In this document: piece after piece, positions 11,916 through 22,742 of the stretch
Layout of the letters: every line of letters starts with the position of its first letter
Position numbering within the stretch: the first letter of the stretch is position 1
NCBI GenBank assembly: GCA_014905635.1
Contig: JABVCE010000018.1
Location: forward strand, 1-64,000
DNA from: Scenedesmus sp. PABB004
Taxonomy: Eukaryota
DNA length: 64,000 nucleotides
Direction of reading: 5' to 3'
Notes under the pieces: generated by a model
Databases searched by the model: none
What the model was told of the DNA's origin: nothing
Seen by the model: only the letters and a program-made list of their open reading frames with translations
Position numbers and translations under genes: made by a program

Positions 11916-14900
11916 CGGCAGCAGGAGCAGCAGGAGCTCCACCAGCTGCGGCACGCGCTGCGCGCAGCGCGCTGGGCGGCAGGCAGCCAGCAGTACGGCT
12001 GCCCCGAGGCCGCCGCTAACGCCCTCGCCGCAGAGCGGGCGCTCGCCGCGGCGGAGGCGGCGCAGCGGCGGCAGCAGGCGGACGCTCTGGAGGCGGTATG
12101 GGAAGAGTGCGGCGAGGGGCCCAGCCGCTGGTTCCACCGCCTGGGCCGCGCGCCGGGCGGCGCGCAGCCAATTCACGCGCTCGCCCGCCCGGGCCAGCCC
12201 GCCGTGCCGCTTACCTCCAGGGCAGGCGTCCAGGAGGGCGGCCGCATCATCGCCGACTTCTTCGACGCGGACGTGCCGGGCGGCATGTTCGGCGTCCGGC
12301 CGACCGACCAGCAGCAGCAGGACTGCATGCTGGACGCGCTGGACCGGCAGCTCTCGGCAGCCGAGCAGCGGGCCTGCCGCGGGCAGGACCCCGAGGGGCT
12401 GCTCACGCTCGCCGAGGCGACGGCGGCGCTGGCCGGCCTGCCGCGCGGCGCGGCGCCGGGCAGCGACGGCCTCACCTGCGAGGCCTACGCGGCCCTGTGG
12501 GAGGTGCTGGGCGAGCCGCTCGTCCAAGCTTTCAACTATCACTACCTCAACCAGGCAGCCGGCGCGCCGCAGCTCGCGGCGACGCAGCGGCTCGGGCTCA
12601 TCACGCTGATCCACAAGGGCGGCCAGCCGCGCGAGGCGGTCAGCAGCTACCGCCCCATCACGCTGCTCAACGCAGACACCAAGATGCGCGCGCGCCGGGC
12701 TGCCTGCTGTTCCTCGACTTTGCCAAGGCCTACGACCGCCTCGACCGCGGCTGGCTGTTCAGGTGCCTCGCGCGCATGGGCCTGCCCGACGCAACCACGC
12801 GCTGGGTCCGCCTGCTGCTCGCAGGCACGCGGGCGCGCGTCGCCTTCAACGGCGGCCATGTCAGCCGCGAGTTCAGCGTGGCGTCGGGCTGCGCGCAGGG
12901 CAGCCCGCTCAGCCCGCTGCTGTATGTGCTGGCGGCGCAGCCGCTGGCGGCCATGTGCCGGCGCGTGCAGCGGCAGCCCGGTTTTGCCAGCCTGCAGCTG
13001 CCCGGCGGCGCAGGGCCGGCGCCCTGCTGCCACCAGCACGCAGACGACACCACCCTGCACGCAGCGTCAGTGGAGAGCGCCAAGCGGCTGCTGGACGGCG
13101 CCGTCGCGCCGTTCTGCCTGGCCAGCGGCGCGCAGCTCAACCTGGCCAAGTGCAAGGGCATGCTGCTGGGCGACCACCCGGCGCTGCAGCTGCAGCCGGA
13201 TGGCAGCGGGCAGCTGGTCGAGTGCAGCACGGGCGTGTGCTTCCCGGACACAGAGCAGGCGCCGGTCAGGCACCTGGGCGTGCTGCTCTCTGCCACCGGC
13301 GTTGAGCGGCACGCGGCGCAGCTTTACCGCGAGCGGCTGCGCACCATCACCTGCCGCATCGCGCACTGGTCGCGGTACGCGCTCACGCGCCCGGGCCGCC
13401 GGCACGTTGCGCGCCAGGTGCTCGCGGCCTGCGTGGGCTGGCACGCGCAGTTTGTGCCGGTGCCGGCCGACCTCCTGCGCCTCATCCAGCGGCGCGTCAC
13501 CGCCTACATCGTCGGCAACTGGTGCATCCGCGAGAGCGACAACCGCATTATCAGGCAGGTTCCGCGGGCGGCCATCGCGTGCCTGCCCGCGAGCATGGGC
13601 GGCGAGGCGCAGGTCGACGTCGCGGCCTTCACCACGGCAATGCTGGCCAAGACGGCCGCCAGGCTGTTGCACCCGGTGGGGGCGGCCTGGAAGCCACCCG
13701 CGGCGGCGCGCTTCGCGCGCGCGCTGCCTGGCCGGGGCACCGCCGCCCTCGTGCAGGGCACCGCGCTGGAGCTGCGGGCGCAGCTGCCGTGGCGGTGGGG
13801 CGCGATCGCCTGCGCGTTTGCGGCTCTCGGCGTGCACCGGGTGATCCCCCACGGCAGCATGACCGTGGAGCAGATCAGGGTGGAGGCCCTGGTGGGCAAC
13901 TGCAGCGTCGGCGCGGCCCTGGGCGGCGCTCGCATCGCGTCGCTCGAGGACCTGCCCGCGGAGCTGCGCAGCGACAGCCTCGGGCAGGCGGCGCCGCGCC
14001 TGCCGTGGCGGCCGGCCGCCGACGGCGTCGTCATGCCGGGTGAGTGGCAGCAGGCGCTCGCGCGCAGCGGGCCGAGCGCGCCGGGTTGGCAGGCGCTGCG
14101 GCCCAGCGCGGCGCCGCCGTCGCCGGGCGGCGGCGTGGTGCAGCAGCCCCAGCAGCCGCTGGCGGCGCTGCCGGTGGAGCAGCCGCCGCAGCCGCCGCCG
14201 CCGCCGCCCGCTGTGCGGTGGGTACGGCGGTGGGCGCTGGGCGCGGCAGCGGCGAGCTTCTTCGAGGTGGGGCCTGACAGCAGGCTCCGCACCGCCGAGC
14301 CCCCGCCCGAGACGGTCGCGGCGGGGGGGTGGGAGGACTGCTGCGTGGTGGACGCGGCGCAGGCACCGCGGCCAGCGGCGGGCGCGCAGCGCGCGGCGGC
14401 CGGAGCGCCCGGGCAGCGGCGCCGGCGGAGCAGCCGGAGATGCACAGCAGGGCGCGGCGCTGGTGCCTCGTGGGCTTCTGGCCTGACGTCCGCGTCGACC
14501 CCTCCGTGTGGGGGCTCGGGCACGCGGCCACGGTCATGCAGTTTACGGTGCGCGGCGCGACCCTGCGGCTGCTGCAGCTGCGCTGCGCGCGCGAGGTCAC
14601 GCCGGCAGGGGGCTGGACGCCCGGCGTTGGCTGCGTGCCGGGCCTCTGGCGCGCCGGATACGGCCAGGCCTGCCCGGCCAGCGCCATCGCGCGGCGGGAG
14701 GCGGGCCAGAAGCGCAGCTGGGCGGTGCGGCAGCGAGCCGAGACGCCAGACCCGGAGCCTGGGCTGCCGGCGTGGCAGAAAGTCTCGCCCCCGCGGCGCC
14801 ACGTCATGGAGCGCGTCGGGCCGGCGGCGGCCGCTGCCGCCGCGGCGCGGCGCGAGGAGCATGAGCAGCGGCGGGAGCAGCAGCTGGAGCAGCGCAGGAC

Positions 14901-15735
14901 CCTGGTTCAGGAGCCGGCGGCCAACGACCTCGTTGACCCGCTCACTGGTGCGACTGCGCCGGCGCGCACCGGCGAGCGCGCGGAGCCGCCCGCCTGGGCC
15001 GCCTGCTACGCGCGCGCGCAGCAGGCGCGCATGCCGCGCGCCCTGCGACACTTTGGCTGGAGCCTGCTGCACGGCGGGGTGCGCGTCAGCGGCGACAGGG
15101 TCTTCTCTTACCAGCGCGCGGCGCCGGAGCTGGCGGAGCTGGCGTGCCCGCACCCGCTCTGCCGCGCGCAGCAGCAGCCGCCGCTGGAGACGCTCGGCCA
15201 CGTCCTCGGCGGGTGCCCGTGGCGGCGGCGGTGCTGCAGTGGTTTGCTCACCTCTGGGCGCGGCTGCAGCCGGGCTTCCCGCGCGCGCCGCCCCCCGCCC
15301 AGGGTGATGCTGGCGGACGACTTTGCCAGGTCGGGCGTCGCGCCGGAGCTGCAGCAGCTCTGGACGCACCTCCGCCTGCTGCTGCTGCGCGCCCTGCTCG
15401 CCGCGCGCGCGCGGCACGGCGGCGGCCAGCCCGGGCACGCGCCTGTGGCGGCGATTCGCATCTTTGTGTACTCGGTGCGCGACGCAGTCGTGCTGGACTG
15501 GCGCAAGGCAGCGATGGACGTGCGCGCGCTGGCGGGCGTGCCGCGCTCCTGGCTGTCGGGCTCCGGCAAGGAGCTCACTCAGGCAGATTTCGAACGCCGG
15601 TGGTGCCACCGAGGGGTCATCGCGCGCACGGGCCAGCACGGGGGCCGCTTCACAATGGAGTTCCGGCTCACCGCAGCGGGCGTGCCGGCGCTGCCGGCGG
15701 CGCCGGCGCTGGCCCCGCCGGCGGCGCAGGACCCC

Positions 15736-15769
<34 letters not shown>

Positions 15770-16505
15770 AGCGCGGCGGCTAGCTGCAGGGGCCGGGGGG
15801 GTCCGCGGCCGGGCTTGCTGCGACCCCGGCTGGCTGCGTGTCGCGCCTCTTCTGCAGCGTGCAAGGTTGGGCGGTGTCCCCCCGTGCCGCGGGGCTGGTG
15901 TCTGCGTGTTTGTCGTCGCGCGGCGAGGGGGCTGCAGCCGATGGGCCGGCCCCTGGCGCCGCCGGCGTGTTTGGCGGCTGCACGCGCTCCGTGCGCGGCG
16001 GCTTGGCGTGCTGCCTGCCCGGTGGGGCGGCTTTCTCATCGGTGCGCGGCTTTCTCAGGGGTTTTTGCAGCAAAGCCAACTGCTGCCCCCTGGTGTGTGC
16101 GTGTGTCGTCGCGCGGCGCGGGGGCTGATGCCGCTGAGGCCGGCCCCTGCCGCCGCCAGCGTGGATGGCGTTTGCGCGTGATCTCTGCGCGGAGGCTTGG
16201 AGCCGGTGCACCTCGCTGCACCGATGCCCGGTGCGGCTCGCCGCACCGGAAGGGGGGTGTGCGGCCTGATCTGCTGCTGCCCCTTTGATTGCGGGGCATC
16301 ACCTGGTCTCCTTGGGCGCCCGTTGGGCGTTGGCCTCTGGCTGTGCCGTTGGGTGATGTGTGTGCCCCCTCTCGGGGGGCGCCGGGGCGCGGTTTTTCAC
16401 GAGGGGTTGCTGCGCTCTTCCCGTTGGAGTTTTTTTCAATGGGCTGCCCCTGGGCCTCGGTCCTTGTCTGGTCACCCGTTGTAACAAAAAAAAAAAAAAA
16501 AAAAA
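11911..16505 (+). mobile_element. 5'-truncated L1-clade LINE: ORF2 linker, RT, zf-RVT-like C-terminus, 3' UTR and poly(A); defective
   Basis: GEGPSRWFH, APGSDGL, YRPITLLNAD, LDFAKAYD, QGSPLSPLLY and HADD motifs. Stop at 15781-15783, tail at 16486-16505. No endonuclease or ORF1 visible. Internal deletion with frameshift near 12685. Confidence 0.93.
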
Positions 16506-16506
16506 G

Positions 16507-17557
16507 GCGCTGCCGGGCGCCGTTCCCCCTGCCCCGCCGCCCCTGCGGAGCGGGGGTGCGGGGCTCACACATGCTGCCCGGCCACGGGCTGCGCCGCCGA
16601 GGTCCGCCGCCGGCGGCCGCGCCGCGCCGCGGGCCGCGCGCCGCCCGCGCGCGCGCCGCTCGGCGGCGCCGCGGCGCAGCGCTGCCGGGCGCCGTTCCCC
16701 TGCCCCGCCGCCCCTGCGGAGCGGGGGTGCGGGGCTCACACATGCTGCCCGGCCACGGGCTGCGCCGCCGAGGTCCGCCGCCGGCGGCCGCGCCGCGCCG
16801 CGGCCGCGCGCCGCCCGCGCGCGCGCCGCTCGGCGGCGCCGCGGCGCAGCGCTGCCGGGCGCCGTTCCCCCTGCCCCGCCGCCCCTGCGGAGCGGGGGTG
16901 CGGGGCTCACACATGCTGCCCGGCCACGGGCTGCGCCGCCGAGGTCCGCCGCCGGCGGCCGCGCCGCGCCGCGGGCCGCGCGCCGCCGCGCGCGCGCCGC
17001 TCGGCGGCGCCGCGGCGCAGCGCTGCCGGGCGCCGTTCCCCCTGCCCCGCCGCCCCTGCGGAGCGGGGGTGCGGGGCTCACACATGCTGCCCGGCCACGG
17101 GCTGCGCCGCCGAGGTCCGCCGCCGGCGGCTGCGCCGCGCCGCGGGCCGCGCGCCGCCGCGCGCGCGCCGCTCGGCGGCGCCGCGGCGCAGCGCTGCCGG
17201 GCGCCGTTCCCCCTGCCCCGCCGCCCCTGCGGAGCGGGGGTGCGGGGCTCACACATGCTGCCCGGCCACGGGCTGCGCCGCCGAGGTCCGCCGCCGGCGG
17301 CCGCGCCGCGCCGCGGGCCGCGCGCCGCCCGCGCGCGCGCCGCTCGGCGGCGCCGCGGCGCAGCGCTGCCGGGCGCCGTTCCCCCTGCCCCGCCGCCCCT
17401 GCGGAGCGGGGGTGCGGGGCTCACACATGCTGCCCGGCCACGGGCTGCGCCGCCGAGGTCCGCCGCCGGCGGCCGCGCCGCGCCGCGGGCCGCGCGCCGC
17501 CCGCGCGCGCGCCGCTCGGCGGCGCCGCGGCGCAGCGCTGCCGGGCGCCGTTCCCCC
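16507..17557. repeat. Second block of the same 171-172 bp satellite (about 6 units; a short remnant resumes at 18070-18104)
   Basis: GAGGTCC at 16599, 16770, 16941, 17112, 17283 and 17455, in the same orientation as the first block. Confidence 0.97.
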
Positions 17558-18069
17558 TTTTTTTTTGTTACAATGGGTGACCAAACAAGGACCGAGGCCC
17601 AAGGGCAGCCCACTGAAAAAAGCTCCAACGGGAAGAGCGCAGCAACCCCTCGTGAAAAGCCGCGCCCCGGCGCCCTCCGAGAAGGGGCACACACATCACT
17701 CAACGGCACAGCCAGAGGCCAACGCCCAACGGGCGCCCAAGAAGACCAGGTGATGCCCCGCAATCAAAGAGGGCAGCAGCAGATCAGGCCGCACACCCCC
17801 CTTCCGGTGCGGCGAGCCGCCCCGGGCAACAGCACAGCCGAGCTGCACCGGCTCCAAGCCGCCGCGCAAAGGTCACGCACTAACACCAGCCACGTCGGCG
17901 GTGGCAGGGGCTGGCCTCAGCAGCAGCCCCCGCGCCGCGCGACGACACACAGGCACACACCAGGGGGCAGCATTTGGCTCAGCTGCAAAACCCATGAGAA
18001 AACCGCGCTGTCGCCCCACAGGACAGCACGCCAAGCCGCCGCGCACGGAGCACGAGCAGCCGCCAAACA
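17558..18069 (-). mobile_element. Diverged (older or sister subfamily) L1 3'-UTR copy inserted in the satellite
   Basis: Poly(T) at 17558-17566 and many substitutions relative to the other copies. TSD of about CGCCGTTCCCC at 17546-17556 and 18070-18080. Confidence 0.88.
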
Positions 18070-18104
18070 CGCCGTTCCCCTGCCCCGCCGCCCCTGCGGA
18101 GCGG

Positions 18105-19857
18105 CGACCTACTTCGCCCGCGCCAACGACCTGCGCGACCACTACATCCTCTCGGGCAACGTGATCGACGACGGTCTCTATGGCGACTACATCATCATCG
18201 GCATCAACAAGTCCGACGAGACCTACCAGCACCACATCCGCAACTTCCGCAGCAAGCTGATGACGCGCAAGGACCTCTTTGAGATGCGCGGGACCAATGG
18301 GCGCGAGCCTGTGGTGTAACTATCTTTATCTTTGCTCAAGAGCGAAGACATCAAGCGCGGCAAGCGGCAGACGACCAACGCCCACGCGCTCCTCGTCGCG
18401 ACGCCCGGTGAGCCGCCCGCGCGTGGCGGGCCCGGCGGCGGGCGCGGCGGGCGCGGCGGGCGCCGCGGCCGCGGTCGCGGTGGCGGCCGCAGCGGCTCGC
18501 ACGGCGGCCGCGGCGGCTCGCACGGCGGCGAGGGCAGCCGCCAGTTCAGCTGCACCTTTTGCAGCATGAACAACCACACCACCGAGCAGTGCTGGCGCCG
18601 CCTCAAGCAAGAGAACAGCAGCGTCAGCGCGCAGCCCGGCAGCAACAGCGCGCCCAGCGCGCCCGCCGGGCGCAGCCAGCCCGCCGGGCACGGCGGGCCG
18701 GGCGCGGGCAGCGCGTCGCGCGGCGGCTCCGGCCTGGCCGGCGGCTCGCACGCCGGCGCCGCCCCGCGCACCGGCGGCGGTTACGACAACGCCGGCGCCA
18801 ACCACGCGAAGGCGTGGCTGGTTGGCCGGCTCCAGCCCAAGCGCTGCGCGCTGCAGTCGCGTGTCAGCGCCGGCCAGCGCCACGAGCGGTTCAAGAGCTA
18901 CCGCGAGCGCCAGCGCGCGGCGCTGTGCGAGTGGTACCTTGACACGGGCGCCTCGCTGCACATCTGCAACAACATCTCGCTGTTTGACAAGTTCACCCCG
19001 GACATCAGCGAGGTCGACACTGCCGGCGGCGACGAGCTCCAGGTGCTGGGCTCTGGCACGGTCACGCTCTACCTGAGCGACTTCTGCGGCAGCATCGAGC
19101 TGCGCAACGTGCTGTACGCCCCCGCAATCGTGGCCAACCTGATCAGCCTGGTGCAGTTTGTCAACGAGGGCGGCGGCTTCAGCATGGAGCGCAACGGCAT
19201 CGTCCTCCGCACCCAGAGCGGCAACCGCTATACCGCCAAGACCGACCGCATCGGTGGCGTGCCCTACCTGATCGGGTGCGTTGACGCGGTGGCGGCAGCG
19301 TGGCACGACAGCGCACACGTCTTCAACGCAGAGCCGACGGCGCTGATCACGCGCACCGTGGACATCAGCAACCCCGGTCTCTGGCACGCGCGCTGCGGGC
19401 ACCCCAGCTACGGCCGCCTCGCGCGGCTCCCGGCGCTGGTCGACGGCTTCAACCTCTTGCCTGACGACATCAAGGCCTACGACTCCCAGCACACCTGCGA
19501 GTCTTGCGCCCTCACCAAGTCCACGCGGCAGCCCTACCCGAGCGCCGCGCCCAAGGACCTCAAGCCCGGCGAGCTGCTCCACAGCGACGTGGGCACGATC
19601 CCCGTGCGCAGCGCCGCGGGCTTCAAGTACTACATGACCCTGGTCGACGACGCGACGGGCTACTCCTTCTTCTTTGCCCTCAAAGCCAAGAGCGAGGTGG
19701 CCGACCGCCTCGTCGCGATCATCCCCATCGAGACCAAGACCGGCAACATGGTCAAGGTGCTGCGCTCCGACAACGGCGGGGAGTACGTGGCGGGGGAGCT
19801 CAACAAATTCCTTGCCTCCAAGGGCATCATCCACCAGTACACCCCTACCTACAGCTC
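18105..19857 (+). mobile_element. Ty1/copia LTR-retrotransposon gag-protease-integrase fragment, truncated at both ends
   Basis: CCHC knuckle CTFCSMNNHTTEQC, protease WYLDTGASLHIC, WHARCGH...CESC, then integrase LLHSDVG, TLVDDATGY and LRSDNGGEY, in copia domain order. No RT or LTR seen. Confidence 0.93.
18288..18332 (+). mobile_element. 45-bp tail-only insertion of the RTE/RTEX-like LINE inside copia gag
   Basis: GGGACCAATGGGCGCGAGCCTGTGGTGTAACTATCTTTATCTT flanked by TGC. Removing it restores DLFEMLKSED in frame. Confidence 0.85.
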
Positions 19858-21025
19858 CCTCCCATCGGAATGCTCTAATCTTTCAGCACGCGCCCATGTA
19901 GCCCCCAACCGCCCCCGCAGGCCGCCGGGCTTGCGGGCGCTCCCTGCCCACGCTGGGCGCTGCGCGCGGCCCGCAGGGGATAGCCGCCAACTCGCTTGTC
20001 GCTCCTTGGGGGCGCGCGGCTGCGCGCGCGGGCTGCATCGACGGATCTGGATGGTGCCGGTACCCTGTGATGCAGCGCGCCACCCGCGCCCAGCGGCGCC
20101 CCCTGGCCGACCTGCGGGCTCCCTGGATTGTGGACACGGCGATCGGGAACCACCTCCTTAGTACTCGCGCCCGGGAGGCTTCTCTGGCAACCCGCGCCCT
20201 CGCCATCGATCCCTGGACGGTTGGCGCCCCTGCGGACTGACCCGGGCGAGCTGGCGCCCCAGCCTTGCACCGGAGGAGCGGCTCTCGCCGGCGCGTAGCC
20301 TGGTGCGCGCCGGCGGGGGCTGCGCATCACAGGCGGCGGTGGGGCGGCAGCAGCGCGGCCGGCGGCGCCGGGCGGAGAGGGCGTCCCCGGCGTGCGTAGA
20401 GGTGCACGCCGAGCCGTGGCGCGCTGCTGCTGCGTGACCTTCATTTGGTGCTGAGCTGGGCGCGGCTGGCTCGGGGCGCGGCGCGCGCGTGGGTGTGGGC
20501 GGCGGTGGGGGGGAGCGTGGGCGGGCTTGCGGCAGGCTTTTTGGTGGTGGGCGGTGCGTGCGGCTGGCCTTTTGGCCGAGCCGCCCGCGGGTCCTGGAGG
20601 GGGCTGGAGCTGGTGGGCGTTGGCCGGCGCGGGGCGGCGGTCGCCGCGGGCCACGGCCCCGCGCGCGACGCCCAGCCGGCGCACGCCGGCCCCGCAGTGT
20701 TGAGTCCACAGAGTCTCCACTAGCCGCCCTGCACGGTCTACTCGCGTCTACCGGTCATCCTTCCCCAAGCTCCTAACATTCGGTGCACCACGTCGCAGGG
20801 GGCGCGACTCTGCGAGTGACGGCCGGCGGGGCGCGGCGCGGCGCGGCGTGTGCTGCGTGTGCGCCTGGGCAGGCTTGCCGCGGTTGGTGTGTGGTGCCCC
20901 TGCTGGTGGCGGCCTGCCCCACGTCGTTTGCGTGAGATGAGGCGAGGTTTGCGCTGGTTTTCCCCCGCTGCCCCTGTGGCCCGGTAGGGCCTGCGGCGTG
21001 GTTGCACGGGTCAAGAGGACCAGCT

Positions 21026-22218
21026 ACCGTCCTTAAGGGGCGCGGGCCCGATGTGCGCGAGCATACGGGGTAAATGACCTTGACCGCTGACGCTGCCGCT
21101 GCCGCCGCCGCCAGCTCCAGCCTCCAGCTCCTGGCTGCCGCTGGCCGCCAGCTCAACACCAGCCGCACGCAGGTGCGCAGCCAACGCGCCAGCATGTGCG
21201 CCCCCGCCGCTGGCACCGAGGTCCGCAAGCAGCGCAGCGAGGCGCGCAGGGCGGCCGGGCGCGCCGCACTCAAAGAGGAAGTGCGCGGCCGACTCGGGCG
21301 CGCGCGCCGCGCAGCAGGGGCAGCGCTCCCGCTCCGCCTGCTGCGCGACCGACTCCCCCCGGCGCGCGTGGCTGTGGGCAGCGCGCAGCGGGAGGCACTC
21401 CATGCGCAGGCGCATGAGCAGCTCCGCCGGCCGGCCGCGCCGCGGGCTCCGGGGCTGCAGAGCCAGCCCAGGTTAGTCCCGGGCGCACGGCACGCCGGCG
21501 CGGCGCGTGAAAAAGATAAAGATAAAGATAGTTACACCACAGGCTCGCGTGAAGGAGCGAGTAGAGAAGACACCGCTGCCAAAGGCCTCCCGGTAGCGCC
21601 GCGCCACCGAGCCGCGGCCGGCGGCGGCCTCCCAGGCGCCATCGATGTGGTCGCCAGCAAGGTCGCAAAGGTGAGCAGCAACCTCGTTGCGGCTCATGCC
21701 AGCAGTAGCCACAACATTGACGCCGTAGTCCCGCAGGAGGCCGCCCACGCCCTTCCACCACGGCGTGGCGGGCCAGGCGTCGGCAACACGGCGCAGCAGG
21801 CGGTCGGCTGGCAGGGCGCGCAGGCGGTGCCAGTAGCGCAGCATGAGGGTGTCGCAGACGACATGCAGCGGGGTGATGCCCAGCTCCTGCTGCAGGCACG
21901 CGTGCGACACGTTGGGCGGGCACCCGGTCATGCGCGCCACCAGCCCCGCCTGCCACGAGTCGAGCTCCGCGCGGCGCTCGACCGTGGGGCGGGCCCAGAC
22001 CTGGGCCGCGTGCGTCAGCACAGGTTGCACCACGCCCGTGAGTGTGAGCAGGCGCAGGCGCAGGGGCAGGCGCCGCTCGCGCAGCACCGCTGACGGAGCC
22101 CAGAACGCCTTGTGGCAGATTATGTGATGGACATCTGGAAGATGCGGGACACCGTCCTTAAGGGGCGCGGGACCAATGGGCGTGAGCCTGTGGTGTAACT
22201 ATCTTTATCTTTATCTTT
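21026..22218. mobile_element. Degenerate RTE/RTEX-like LINE cluster: inverted ORF piece (about 21075-22110, minus) joined to a plus-strand 3' end with (TATCTT)n tail (about 22112-22218), plus short tail copies at 21026-21073 and 21512-21545
   Basis: Minus strand gives VQPVLTHAAQVW, ELGITPL...LRYWHRLRALPADRL, MRLRMECLPL and CPCC...ESAAHFLFEC, typical of post-RT C-termini of APE LINEs. 8-bp TSD CGCGTGAA at 21504-21511 and 21546-21553. Confidence 0.8.
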
Positions 22219-22742
22219 GTCCGCAGCAGCCTTGCGGCGCTGCAGGTGGGCGTCCCAGCCGCGGGCGCTGCGGTCGGCCGTCAGCCACGCGGCGCGGCAG
22301 CAGCCGCCGCAGCGACGGCGCGCCGGGTGCGGCCCCCGGCACCACCATCACCGCTGTCTTGGACGCGTCCGCCGAGCTGACGCTGGCCTTGAGCCGCTGG
22401 CCTTGAACCGCCCGCGGGCGAGCGCGGCGCGCGGCGCGGGCACGAGCGCGGCGGCGGGCGGCAGCGCTGCGTGCGGGGCCGCGCGCGCTGCGGCAGCGAC
22501 GCCGGACCCAGGCGTACAAACCCACCGGAACCGGGGACCTGCTGTCTCAGCGTCAACCGGCGGGCGGCACGGAGCTGCAGCCAGCGCGCGTCGCTACAGC
22601 CTCGCGCGTTCCCGCGCCTCCGTGCGCGGCCGCTGCGCCCAGAGTGCTTTCGCTTCACGCAGAACCCTCGAGCATCGCCACCAAAGCAGCAGGGGCCGCG
22701 TAGGCAGCTCACGCCCAGCTCCCCGCGCGCGCCGCCGCGAGC

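Noticed and set aside
4955..17557. Regular repeats as a possible CRISPR array
   Set aside because: Units are head-to-tail with no unique spacers, there are no cas genes, and the context is eukaryotic.
20700..20830. Possible LTR end with primer-binding site, or a ribozyme
   Set aside because: No TG...CA repeat pair, tRNA-complementary site or convincing ribozyme core could be identified by eye.
21075..22218. Inverted ORF piece joined to a forward 3' end as a novel element structure
   Set aside because: It fits ordinary twin-priming 5' inversion of a LINE.
22219..22406. Possible last exons of a gene disrupted by the repeat island
   Set aside because: Splice-like signals and a short ORF end are present, but it is too short and has no recognisable homology.
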